From an uncultured Candidatus Saccharibacteria bacterium (GTDB lineage: Bacteria > Patescibacteriota > Dojkabacteria > B142 > JAFGMG01): DNA of 64,000 nucleotides. The stretch is taken from assembly GCA_964391325.1 (NCBI GenBank), contig CAYMJM010000003.1:3211-67210 (forward strand), written 5' to 3'. Shown piece by piece: positions 1 to 9,198 of this stretch (positions are counted from its first letter, which is position 1; the number at the start of each line of letters is the position of its first letter). The translations under genes and the position numbers were made by a program. The notes under the pieces are model-generated. The model did no database searches. It was not told where the DNA came from and worked only from the letters and a program-made list of their open reading frames with translations.

Positions 1-1052
1 AATAGTAGAATGAGAGATGAGGTTAAAGGGAAATAGCTGACTATAAGAGAAACGGTTCCGGATGGATCAGATAAGATAATAGGCGCGAAGTATATAGGGA
101 TAATACTGAGTAGAATGAATATTGAAGAGAAACTTTGTGCTTCTTTATAGGTAGGTGTAGCAGCCCCAACACCAACCATTAGGTTTGCCATGATAAGAAA
201 TCCGCATATAATATAAAAAGTCCCTCCGATTATCTGAGCTGGGGCGATGCTCAGGTCAGCCAGATTTATCGGTAGGTTGAAATTACTTCCTACAATGAGC
301 ATTGAACCTATGGCTAATACAAAAAGTGCTGCCACTTGAGTTAGGACTATCCCAAGCTGCCCTAGTATTTTCCCCCAGATCAGTTCTTTTGATTTTATGG
401 CAGACATAACAATTTCAATCATCCTGTTTTCCTTTTCTTCTGCTACACTCATGAGTAAATAACTGGTAGAAAACATTATAAGTATGAAGTAGATTAGTAT
501 CGAAACAACAGGGACGACAAACCGTTCAAATCCAGGTTGCTTTTCTCCTTCATCGTTAAATGAAGTCACTTCTACACTGAAGTTTTCCTTGATTGCTGTG
601 ATTTTCAGGTCTGTACCTAATTCCTGCAAAATACTTTGTTTTAGGATCTCCTGTGAAAGGAAAGTGGCGCTTGCTCCGGAGAACAGATCCTTTGATTGCT
701 CGACTGCTTTTATTTCCTTCGTCTCCAGCACATTTTCCGGATAGTAGATTGCTATGTCATACTGGCTGGTTTGCACTAGTGTAGTCGCTTCTTCTAAATT
801 ATCTCCAAAGCTATACTGTTTGAAACTTGTTAGTACATCCTCTATGATTATCCCTGATTTATCTATGATTAATATACTCTCAATTGCATCATTATTTTCT
901 ATATTTTGTTCGAACTTCTCGCCTGATAAGCCGGATACTAAACTTACGATAATAATAAAAACTGGGAAAAACAGAGTTGTAAGCCAGAATGTTAATTTCT
1001 TTACGACCTTAAGATATTCCCTTTTTGCGACTATAAAAATATTTTTAAACAT
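1..1052 (-). CDS. ABC-2 type transporter permease (NatB/YhaP-like), 3' end runs off the window
   Basis: Not in the ORF track. My translation from ATG at 1052 gives MFKNIFIVAKREYLKVVKKLTFWLTTLFFPVFIII..., later SVAEEKENRMIEIVMSA, typical of ABC-2 permeases. Overlaps the stop of the ATPase gene. Confidence 0.85.
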   Translation of the reverse strand, partial: MFKNIFIVAKREYLKVVKKLTFWLTTLFFPVFIIIVSLVSGLSGEKFEQNIENNDAIESILIIDKSGIIIEDVLTSFKQYSFGDNLEEATTLVQTSQYDIAIYYPENVLETKEIKAVEQSKDLFSGASATFLSQEILKQSILQELGTDLKITAIKENFSVEVTSFNDEGEKQPGFERFVVPVVSILIYFILIMFSTSYLLMSVAEEKENRMIEIVMSAIKSKELIWGKILGQLGIVLTQVAALFVLAIGSMLIVGSNFNLPINLADLSIAPAQIIGGTFYIICGFLIMANLMVGVGAATPTYKEAQSFSSIFILLSIIPIYFAPIILSDPSGTVSLIVSYFPLTSSLILL

Positions 1053-1947
1053 TTTCTTTACTTATCCTGATAAATATTTGATGCAACGAAGGGGTTGTTT
1101 TTTTGAAACTGTGTATTTTTATTCTTGTATTTATAAGGTATTTTAATACTTCCTCAGTGTTAACGCCTGCTTCTGGAGTAATTTCAGCTACCTTAGGATT
1201 AACAATCGCCTGGTAAAGTTTTTTATTTTCCGGAAATTGGCCCGAGTATTCGACATATAATGTATTAGAACCAAACATTTCTTTAATATCAGATAAATCT
1301 CCATACAAAGCTTTTTGGCCATCTTTAATCATCAGTATCCGTTGTGCAATTTTCTCTGCCTCCTCCATCTGATGTGTGGAAAATATAATAGTTGCCCCTT
1401 TTTGATTTAACTCGAGAAGAAGGTTTATTAGTAATTCTCTGTTCACGGGATCCAATCCTTTTGTTGGTTCATCTAGAATTAACAGTTTTGGTTTATTAAG
1501 AATAGTCATTCCAAGTTGGATTTTCTGCTGTTGTCCAGATGACAACCTTTTTATGGTTTCATCTTTCTTATTAATAAGTTCTACCTTCTTAAGATAGATC
1601 AAGGCTTCTTTTTCTGCTTGTCCTTTAGTCATTCCTTTTAACTGACCAAAGTACACCATAGTTTCCAGTACTTTAGATGTAGTATACAAGCCTCTTTCCT
1701 CGGGTAGATACCCAATTATCTTTGTTCTGTCTGGAGAGTAAGTCTTCCCGTTAATTAGTAGCTTTCCCTCATCTGGGTGATAAATATTAAGAAGTGTCCT
1801 GAGAGTAGTTGTTTTTCCAGAACCATTTGCTCCTATAAAAGCAAATATCTCCCCTCTTTGTACTTCAAAGGAAAGGTCTTTTATTACTTTATTACTATGA
1901 AAACTTTTAGAAAAATTTTTTATTGTTACAATAGGATGTTTTCCCAT
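1045..1947 (-). CDS. ABC transporter ATP-binding protein (NatA/YhaQ-like)
   Basis: Walker A GANGSGKTT, signature LSSGQQQ, Walker B LLILDEPT. Confidence 0.93.
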   Translation of the reverse strand: MGKHPIVTIKNFSKSFHSNKVIKDLSFEVQRGEIFAFIGANGSGKTTTLRTLLNIYHPDEGKLLINGKTYSPDRTKIIGYLPEERGLYTTSKVLETMVYFGQLKGMTKGQAEKEALIYLKKVELINKKDETIKRLSSGQQQKIQLGMTILNKPKLLILDEPTKGLDPVNRELLINLLLELNQKGATIIFSTHQMEEAEKIAQRILMIKDGQKALYGDLSDIKEMFGSNTLYVEYSGQFPENKKLYQAIVNPKVAEITPEAGVNTEEVLKYLINTRIKIHSFKKTTPSLHQIFIRISKENV

Positions 1948-2029
1948 AGATCCTTATATTACATTAACTATTTTGAGTATTCAAGGTGTTTTATATGACA
2001 GAGCGCATATGTTCGAGTATAATTAGGTT

Positions 2030-3934
2030 ATGACAAAATACGATATAACAAAAATCAGGAATTTTTCTATAATCGCTCATATCGACCATGGTAAATCAAC
2101 CTTGGCAGATAGACTAATGGAGTATACAGGCACAGTCTCGGAAAGAGAGTCAAAAGATAGGATGCTAGATACTCTAGAGCTTGAGCAGGAAAGGGGAATT
2201 ACTATAAAACTGCAAACAGCACGCATGCATTATCAGTATATAACCAGAACAGATTCTAAAGTAGAAAGTGGGATGTATATACTCAATCTTATTGATACAC
2301 CAGGGCACGTAGATTTTTCCTACGAAGTTTCGAGATCTTTGGCTGCCTCAGAAGGAGCAGTGCTCTTAGTTGACGCTACCCAGGGAATACAAGCTCAAAC
2401 ATTAACAACAGTCTATAAAGCACTTGACCATAATTTATTTATTATCCCCGTTGTGAATAAGGTTGACTTACCCGGCGCTATGGTTGAGAAGGTAAAGAAG
2501 GAGCTAGTTAAAACCTTTGGCTTTGATTATGAAGAGATTATAGAAACTTCAGGCAAAACCGGTATAGGAGTAAAAGCGCTTCTAGATGTAATAGTTGAAA
2601 AGTGTCCGGCTCCCTACCAATATGAAGAACAAGAAACAAAGTCGTTGATATTTGATTCTTTTTACGATGAGCATAAAGGAGTGGTAGCTTTAGTAAAGCT
2701 TGTGCAGGGTAGTTTAGATACTATAGACGTGTTCAAGACCTTGGAGACAAAAATAGATATTGATCCCATTGAAATAGGATATCTCAAACCCCGACTGGTC
2801 CCCTGTCCTGAACTAAATATGGGAGAGGTAGGATATATTGCTACTGGCCTTAAAGATATACGGATGATACATATAGGCGATACAATTACAACAAAGAAGT
2901 CCTACGAAATAAATCCAGACATGAATCCTTTGCCAGGCTACAAGCAACCTAAATCAATGGTGTTCGCATCGTTGTATCCAATAGAGAGCGATGATTTTAC
3001 TTTATTGTCAGAAGCTATAGAAAAACTTGCTTTGAATGATGCTGCGCTAAGCGTGCAAAAAGAATCTTCTCCAGTCTTGGGATCTGGTTTTGTATGTGGT
3101 TTCTTGGGATTACTTCATCTGGAAATTACACACGAGAGGCTAGAAAGGGAATTTGGGGTAGAGCTTATTACAACTACCCCTACAGTCGAGTATTTGGTGA
3201 AGTTAGCTACTAAGGACTACAGCAAAGTAGCAAATATCAACATAGCTAATGTTGAGAATAACTATCTAAAAGTACGAGGAGCAGCTGATTTTCCTGACGC
3301 CACTTTGATAGAGGAAGTGATGGAGCCTTGGGTGAAGCTAGAAATTATTACACCGGATGATTACATTGGACCAATTATGGAGCTTACCCAGCAGGCTAGA
3401 GGAGAATACAAGTCAATGGAGTATCTTACAGGTGATGAGGATATAAAAGGGAAAAAGCATATTATCCTAAAATATGATGTGCCAACTGCTGAGATTATCG
3501 TAAATTATTTTGATAAACTAAAGTCTGTTAGTCAGGGATATGCTTCTATGGATTATGAGTTCAAGGAATATCGTAAAAGTGACGTAGTGAAGGTTAGTAT
3601 TTTAGTAAACTATGAGGAAATTCCTGCACTATCATTTTTAACACACAGGAGCAATGCTGCAATTAAAGGATCGGCTGTAGTTACAAAGCTAAAAGAACTG
3701 ATCCCGCGTCAACAGTTTAAAGTACCAATTCAAGCTGCTATTGGCGGTAAGGTTGTTGCAAGGGAAACTATATTAGCCTATAGGAAAGACGTAACAGCCA
3801 AATTATATGGAGGAGATGTTACTAGAAAGAGAAAACTGCTAGAAAAGCAGAAAAAAGGAAAGGAAAGGTTAAAGAGGTTTGGGAAAATAGATATTCCAAA
3901 AAAAGCATTTTTAGAAGCACTGAAGACTGGGTAG
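2030..3934 (+). CDS. lepA: Translation elongation factor 4 (LepA)
   Basis: RNFSIIAHIDHGKSTLADR, DTPGHVDF, GFLGLLH, C-terminal KDVTAKLYGGDVTRKRKLLEKQKKGK. Confidence 0.98.
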   Translation: MTKYDITKIRNFSIIAHIDHGKSTLADRLMEYTGTVSERESKDRMLDTLELEQERGITIKLQTARMHYQYITRTDSKVESGMYILNLIDTPGHVDFSYEVSRSLAASEGAVLLVDATQGIQAQTLTTVYKALDHNLFIIPVVNKVDLPGAMVEKVKKELVKTFGFDYEEIIETSGKTGIGVKALLDVIVEKCPAPYQYEEQETKSLIFDSFYDEHKGVVALVKLVQGSLDTIDVFKTLETKIDIDPIEIGYLKPRLVPCPELNMGEVGYIATGLKDIRMIHIGDTITTKKSYEINPDMNPLPGYKQPKSMVFASLYPIESDDFTLLSEAIEKLALNDAALSVQKESSPVLGSGFVCGFLGLLHLEITHERLEREFGVELITTTPTVEYLVKLATKDYSKVANINIANVENNYLKVRGAADFPDATLIEEVMEPWVKLEIITPDDYIGPIMELTQQARGEYKSMEYLTGDEDIKGKKHIILKYDVPTAEIIVNYFDKLKSVSQGYASMDYEFKEYRKSDVVKVSILVNYEEIPALSFLTHRSNAAIKGSAVVTKLKELIPRQQFKVPIQAAIGGKVVARETILAYRKDVTAKLYGGDVTRKRKLLEKQKKGKERLKRFGKIDIPKKAFLEALKTG

Positions 3935-3986
3935 TGTATCTCTTTATGTAATAATTAGGTAAAATTAAGAAGTTTATATTAATACT

Positions 3987-4985
3987 ATGAAAAAACGAAT
4001 TTTAACTGGCGATAGGCCTACTGGTAAATTACATCTGGGGCATTATGTAGGGTCTTTAAAAAGTAGGGTGCAGTTACAACATGAATACGAGACTTTCATT
4101 ATGGTTGCTGATGTTCAGGCATTGACTGATAATTATGATGATTCCGAAAAAATAAGTAACAATATATTGGAAGTGGTAATGGATAATTTAGCAGTTGGGG
4201 TAGATCCTGGAATTTCAACAGTTTTTATACAATCCCAGATACCTCAGATAGCTGAACTTACCGTATTTTTCATGAACTTGGTAAAACACTCAGAAGTTCT
4301 GAGGAACCCTACGGTCAAAACGGAAATCAAGCAAAAGAATTTTAAGGGGGGCACTCCTTTTGGTTTTGTAGCTTATCCTATATCGCAGGCAGCTGATATT
4401 CATTTTTTGCGCGCTGACTTGGTGCCAGCTGGTGAGGATCAAGCTCCTATGATTGAACTTGCTAATGCTATTAAAGATAGATTTAACAAGGTTTATAAAA
4501 CAAGCGTATTTCATGATGTGAAAGGACATTTCAGTAATTTTAGCAGGCTTGTAGGAACAGATGGAAGTGCAAAGATGAGTAAGTCATTGGGGAATACTAT
4601 ATACTTGGCAGATGATGAGGATACAGTTAAAAAGAAAGTCACGAGCATGTACACAGACCCCAATAGAGTACGAGCTACTGATCCTGGAAAAGTAGAGGGC
4701 AATCCAGTATTTATTTATCATGATGCTTTTAATCTTAATAAGGCCGAAGTTGATGATTTGAAAGCAAGGTATGAAGTAGGAAAAGTAGGGGATGTTGAAG
4801 TTAAGGATAAACTCCAAACTGCTATCAACATTTTACTTGATCCCATAAGGGAAAAAAGAAGCTATTATCAAGATCATAAACAAGAAGTAATTGATATTCT
4901 AGAAACTGGGAAGGATAAAGTTTTGGATGAGGCTGAGAAGACTATGGAGCTTGTGCGAGAAGCTATGAAAATTAACTATTTTTAA
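3987..4985 (+). CDS. trpS: Tryptophan--tRNA ligase
   Basis: TGDRPTGKLHLGH (HIGH-type), YPISQAADI, GEDQ, KMSKS. Confidence 0.97.
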   Translation: MKKRILTGDRPTGKLHLGHYVGSLKSRVQLQHEYETFIMVADVQALTDNYDDSEKISNNILEVVMDNLAVGVDPGISTVFIQSQIPQIAELTVFFMNLVKHSEVLRNPTVKTEIKQKNFKGGTPFGFVAYPISQAADIHFLRADLVPAGEDQAPMIELANAIKDRFNKVYKTSVFHDVKGHFSNFSRLVGTDGSAKMSKSLGNTIYLADDEDTVKKKVTSMYTDPNRVRATDPGKVEGNPVFIYHDAFNLNKAEVDDLKARYEVGKVGDVEVKDKLQTAINILLDPIREKRSYYQDHKQEVIDILETGKDKVLDEAEKTMELVREAMKINYF

Positions 4986-5000
4986 GAGTCTCTATATAAA

Positions 5001-5426
5001 TCAGCTGATTATATAATAGCTCATTAAAGATAGAGTCAAACCTAATATAAAACCACCCAGAGCTTCAATATAGGTATGTCCAAGATTTTCCTTTAATTTT
5101 CTTCCTATAGATTTTTGGGGCTTTGTTTGTTCATTTAACACTTTTGCATGCAAGCCCGCTTGGTATCTTATATTTACAGCATCATATATTACAATAAAGG
5201 CAAACACCATAGCTATGACTGTTAAGGTAGATCCCCAGCCCTCCTGAAATGCCACGCTAAAGGTTAAAGCTGATACTAGTGTGACATGTAGACTTGGAAA
5301 TCCATTCGATGCAAGATGATCAATTCTATTACGCTTGATTATTTTTACGATGGATTTAACTGAATGTGCAATAAGCCATGCTAACAGTATCGACCATATA
5401 ATTTGATTATTTAGTAGCTCAACCAT
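5001..5426 (-). CDS. Divergent PAP2 family membrane protein (DUF212)
   Basis: GFPSLH, YDAVNIRYQAGLHAKVLN and LKENLGHT match DUF212 motifs; hydrophobic helices. Confidence 0.85.
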   Translation of the reverse strand: MVELLNNQIIWSILLAWLIAHSVKSIVKIIKRNRIDHLASNGFPSLHVTLVSALTFSVAFQEGWGSTLTVIAMVFAFIVIYDAVNIRYQAGLHAKVLNEQTKPQKSIGRKLKENLGHTYIEALGGFILGLTLSLMSYYIIS

Positions 5427-5580
5427 TTGATAAATCTAATATTTACTATACTAGCAGCATTTTCTATCTCTGAAAAGGAGGAGCATCTCAAAAAGACTAC
5501 GCTTACGAGTAGCCTAATTGGCTAAAGTGCTTTCTGTGTGTACTTAGTTGTGAAAGCTGGTCAGCTTAGAGAGGTTTTGT

Positions 5581-5841
5581 CTACCGCTGGCTATATCCCG
5601 TTTCTTCCCAGGGAGATTCCCATCCTTCATCACCGGGTCTAACACAATTACCATTAAATGGAATCAGAGTCTGATACCCTTCTCCTGCATTATTCTCGGT
5701 GTTAGACGTAGCGGTCTCTAGTGGCAAAGGATTTGAACCAGCTTGTACCTCTGGAGGCTCATCAACAGGAAAAAGAGGTTGTTGTTTGTATTCAGATGGA
5801 TCCCAACATGGATCCCAACTTGGTACTTCTGGCATATTCAT
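5581..5841 (-). CDS. Small acidic Pro/Trp-rich hypothetical protein (86 aa)
   Basis: ATG-started ORF filling an intergenic gap, with biased composition. No recognisable family. Confidence 0.5.
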   Translation of the reverse strand: MNMPEVPSWDPCWDPSEYKQQPLFPVDEPPEVQAGSNPLPLETATSNTENNAGEGYQTLIPFNGNCVRPGDEGWESPWEETGYSQR

Positions 5842-5972
5842 ACTTTAATATTAGCCGGAGCTTAACAAATCTTGATATATCTTGTAAAGCAAAAAAGGAG
5901 AAACTTGTCCTATAAGTAATTGGATTATATAATCATTGTTTCTATCTATATAATACGGTTACTTCCCAGTAA

Positions 5973-6527
5973 CTATATTGGGGTATCTTTAAGCTTTACA
6001 AAATACGCGAAGATTGTGGAGATTGGATGTAGTGTTGCCCATATAACAAGTATGTACAAATAATGGACAAAATCAAGTTGAATATATACATAGGAAAATA
6101 AAATCCCTCCCAGTATATAATCTATTTGATCAAATGGTATCCATGTTTTACCGGGCATTATATTCGCACGTCTTTTAAAGAAACTTTTCATAAAGTCACC
6201 GGCAAGAGCGCCAAAGCTCAAGAGAAAGCCGAGCAACAAAGGCTCCATGGTAGTGTAATTTATTGGAGAAGCCTTCTGTATCAGGCTTGAGTTGTTGTAG
6301 ATAGCTGTTTCAATGTATACAGATACTGTCCCGGCTAGTATCCCGGCTACCAGCCCTCTTATTGTTTTATGGTCTCCAAAAACCCTTGTACCTTTAAAGC
6401 TTTTATAAAAATCCAGTGGATAATTAAAATTTTTTAAAACTGGCAGCTTGGCTATTATAACAGGGGTCGTATTTGCAACACCTGCTGGTAAAAAGAAGAA
6501 TAAGGCAAAAAGGATATTATTCAACAT
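5973..6527 (-). CDS. CDP-archaeol synthase-like cytidylyltransferase (CarS/DUF46)
   Basis: PAGVANTTPV, PLD...GTRVFGDHKTIRG and GDFMKSFFKRR...PG...PFDQIDY are characteristic of CarS/DUF46. Confidence 0.85.
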   Translation of the reverse strand: MLNNILFALFFFLPAGVANTTPVIIAKLPVLKNFNYPLDFYKSFKGTRVFGDHKTIRGLVAGILAGTVSVYIETAIYNNSSLIQKASPINYTTMEPLLLGFLLSFGALAGDFMKSFFKRRANIMPGKTWIPFDQIDYILGGILFSYVYIQLDFVHYLYILVIWATLHPISTIFAYFVKLKDTPI

Positions 6528-7443
6528 TTTTCAATAAATGATTTAAATGAATTTTTGATAGGTTGATTATAAGATTTGGAATAATCAAGCCTCGTTTGAC
6601 AAGATTAGACTTTGAGTCCCAGAACCACCTCGTATCAACGAATTTTAATCCTTCTTTTGAAATAATTATATTATCAGTTTTAGTAAGCCAGTTGTAAGAT
6701 TCTATAAAAATGTATCGTGGCCTTGTGTCCGGAATAATATTTATTTGATAATGCATTAGCAAAAGCAGATATATCATCAGGATCAGTTGATAAGTTTCTT
6801 CCCTTGACATTTTAGCACTGTTCACATCATGCAAAAGTTCTCCTTTTATATACTGTTGAAAAATGAATTGAGTTTTCCTGTCTTTGTTTGGCTTGGAAAT
6901 GGAAGAGCCGTATAACAGGTATTCCTTTGGTAAGAAATTGTGATAACGAACTTTGGAGTCTAGTATTTTGTCGATTTTGGAATTTAACTTTATCCCGTAT
7001 TTTTTCTCTAGCTTAGGCTTAAAGTACGGAAGTGAATCCCTGATGCTTTTCTGGGCTGTATGAATGATACCTAGATTGGGATGGAAATAGTCTTCTTCTG
7101 ATTCAAAAAATCCAAAGTACTCTATAAAGTTCAGATATAGTTGGTACTGTCTTAATATTTCTTCTTCTCTGGGCAGGAAAGTAAAAGCAAACAATTTCAA
7201 AACTCTTTCCGTTATTTCCGCAGGGAGTGGTAGCTTTTTATCTCGAAAAAGCTCGATACTGAGGTCCCATCTGCTTTCTTTAAATACCCAGTCTTCTTGA
7301 TCAATCTTATATACACGTCCCATTTGTCCTGCAGCAATTCTGTCGTAGGTTCTCTTCGCCAGAATTTTTTTGATAGGTGCAGAGTGTACGGATAGCGGTG
7401 TATAAATGGCGTGTTTTTGAAGTTGTTTTTCAAATGTATTCAT
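6517..7443 (-). CDS. Hypothetical protein with protein-kinase-like (ELK) fold motifs
   Basis: IAAGQMGRVY (Gly loop), WVFK, FQQYIKGELL (hinge), MH..NIIPDTRP, DNIII and KFVDT occur in canonical order. Confidence 0.7.
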   Translation of the reverse strand: MNTFEKQLQKHAIYTPLSVHSAPIKKILAKRTYDRIAAGQMGRVYKIDQEDWVFKESRWDLSIELFRDKKLPLPAEITERVLKLFAFTFLPREEEILRQYQLYLNFIEYFGFFESEEDYFHPNLGIIHTAQKSIRDSLPYFKPKLEKKYGIKLNSKIDKILDSKVRYHNFLPKEYLLYGSSISKPNKDRKTQFIFQQYIKGELLHDVNSAKMSREETYQLILMIYLLLLMHYQINIIPDTRPRYIFIESYNWLTKTDNIIISKEGLKFVDTRWFWDSKSNLVKRGLIIPNLIINLSKIHLNHLLKNVE

Positions 7444-8090
7444 TTCCGGAATAATTTGATTATTTTATTTCTCTTCGGACCTAAAAATCCCCAGAGCGAG
7501 ACAGATCGTAAAACTAATTCAGGGTTAGTTAACTGTTCAAGCAGGTTTGATACGGTGGGCGCTTCAGCTGTGAGCGTATAAGTCCGTCCAATTTCTCCAA
7601 GCGAATGAGCATCGCTGCTTGCAGCAAAAGGCTTTGAATGTTTTTCATTAAAGTCTACAACAGTATTATTTCCATTGGGCATGATATTTCGCGCATTAAA
7701 GACTTCTATAATATCAACTAGTTGGATTAGTTCTTCCAGAATTTTTTTTGGAATTCCCTTCCGTCTAATATCAAAAGGATGTGGGATGTATACAAGTCCT
7801 CCTTGTCCTTTTATTTGTTCGATAGTTTCTCCAAGTTCTTGCTCGGGAGAAATTTTCTTTTTTAGAAAAAGCCCGATCACCTCGCCTGCTGTTGTTTTGA
7901 TTTCTTCTCCGACTATAATCTGTTCTCCAAGTTCTTGGTGCAGCGCAAGAGCCAAATCTATTTCATTATGGTCAGTAACTGCCACATAATTAAGCAACCC
8001 GGATTCCAGAATCTTTTTGTATGATTCTAGAGGTATCCCTCCGTCATGAGATAGGGTAGAATGTGTATGTAAATCTAGCTTATATGCCAT
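7440..8090 (-). CDS. PHP-domain metal-dependent phosphoesterase
   Basis: DLHTHS, AVTDHN, GEE, IPHPF, EVFNAR, SSDAHS. Confidence 0.92.
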   Translation of the reverse strand: MAYKLDLHTHSTLSHDGGIPLESYKKILESGLLNYVAVTDHNEIDLALALHQELGEQIIVGEEIKTTAGEVIGLFLKKKISPEQELGETIEQIKGQGGLVYIPHPFDIRRKGIPKKILEELIQLVDIIEVFNARNIMPNGNNTVVDFNEKHSKPFAASSDAHSLGEIGRTYTLTAEAPTVSNLLEQLTNPELVLRSVSLWGFLGPKRNKIIKLFRK

Positions 8091-8168
8091 AATGATATTA
8101 TTTATTGAAAAACTTGACCTCCTACTTTAACAAGAAGGGGTGCTAAAGTAAATTATTATATTGTCTAT

Positions 8169-8765
8169 ATGTTCAATAAATTTCGTCCGCAATTGTTGCC
8201 TCTAGTTAATTTCGTGGCAACTCCATTCATGAGAATCCATCCAAATATTTTATCATTAATGTCCTTTGCAATGGCAGCTCCTGGCTTTTATTTTTATGTA
8301 AAGGGGAATTCACTGTTAGGTAGTTTATTTATTTTAGGAGCTTTATTTGACTCTGTGGATGGAGTAGTGGCCAGAAAAACCGATAAAACTTCTAAGTTTG
8401 GTGGGGTACTGGATGCAACTCTGGACCGTATTTTTGAAGGAGTCTTGCTTCTCTGTATTGGGATAGGTAATTTGGTTTCCTGGAATTTAGTCATGCTTTT
8501 GTATATTTTTTCGATATCAGTAAGCTATGTAAAGTCTAAGGCTGAGACAGTACTGCAGGAGACTAGTGTCGGCACTAATCAATTGTCGGTAGGTATTGCT
8601 CAGAGAGGAGAAAGGGTTGTAATTATTTTCTTGAGCTCTATTTTGAACTACTTTTTTACGCCTGAGAGTAATTCGTTATTTAACATTGCTCTGTTGATTC
8701 TGACTTTACTTGCTGCTTTTACTTTGTTGTGGAGGTTAAAAGTAGTTTATAATTTGCTGAGATAG
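8169..8765 (+). CDS. CDP-alcohol phosphatidyltransferase (PIP/archaetidylinositol-phosphate synthase-like)
   Basis: DSVDGVVAR...FGGVLDATLDR signature, plus SYVKSKAE and GIAQRGER. Confidence 0.9.
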   Translation: MFNKFRPQLLPLVNFVATPFMRIHPNILSLMSFAMAAPGFYFYVKGNSLLGSLFILGALFDSVDGVVARKTDKTSKFGGVLDATLDRIFEGVLLLCIGIGNLVSWNLVMLLYIFSISVSYVKSKAETVLQETSVGTNQLSVGIAQRGERVVIIFLSSILNYFFTPESNSLFNIALLILTLLAAFTLLWRLKVVYNLLR

Positions 8766-8870
8766 GGATCATAGTTTATCCTACTTGAGAGCAGTTTTAG
8801 TTCCCATAAAGTAGTGCGTTTTAGTGTATCTGGAATTAGCACGATCTATCCTGGATTTTCCTGCAAAATC

Positions 8871-8899
8871 TTTACTAAACCTACAGCTTGACGTATAAT
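8871..8899 (+). promoter_or_regulatory. Putative sigma70 promoter for tRNA-Lys
   Basis: TTTACT (8871-8876), 17 bp spacer, TATAAT (8894-8899). Confidence 0.55.
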
Positions 8900-8966
8900 T
8901 GCAGCGTACTTTACGGGGGGAAACAGCTTGTCTTTCTTCCCTTGTAGAGTAAAAGAAGGTACAGCT

Positions 8967-9041
8967 GGGTCGGTAGCTCAATGGTAGAGCAGTGGCCTTT
9001 TAAGCCATTGGTTGGGGGTTCGAGCCCCCCCCGACTCACCA
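8967..9041 (+). tRNA. tRNA-Lys(UUU)
   Basis: GGGTCGG/CCGACTC acceptor stem, anticodon arm GTGGC-CTTTTAA-GCCAT, GTTCGAG T-loop, encoded CCA. Confidence 0.96.
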
Positions 9042-9198
9042 AATTCAACAGGACGAACATATCTTCTGCTTACTATATATAGCTAGCAATAGTAGAACAT
9101 CCTTCATGTAATTATGGGCCATTTTTGTAGCACATAAGTGCATTAAGAGATAGAATGGAATAATTTCCCTTCATCAAAATTTCTGGTAGTATCTTTGT

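Noticed and set aside
5430-5580. Possible structured RNA upstream of DUF212
   Set aside because: Only short 4-5 bp hairpins, within chance expectation.
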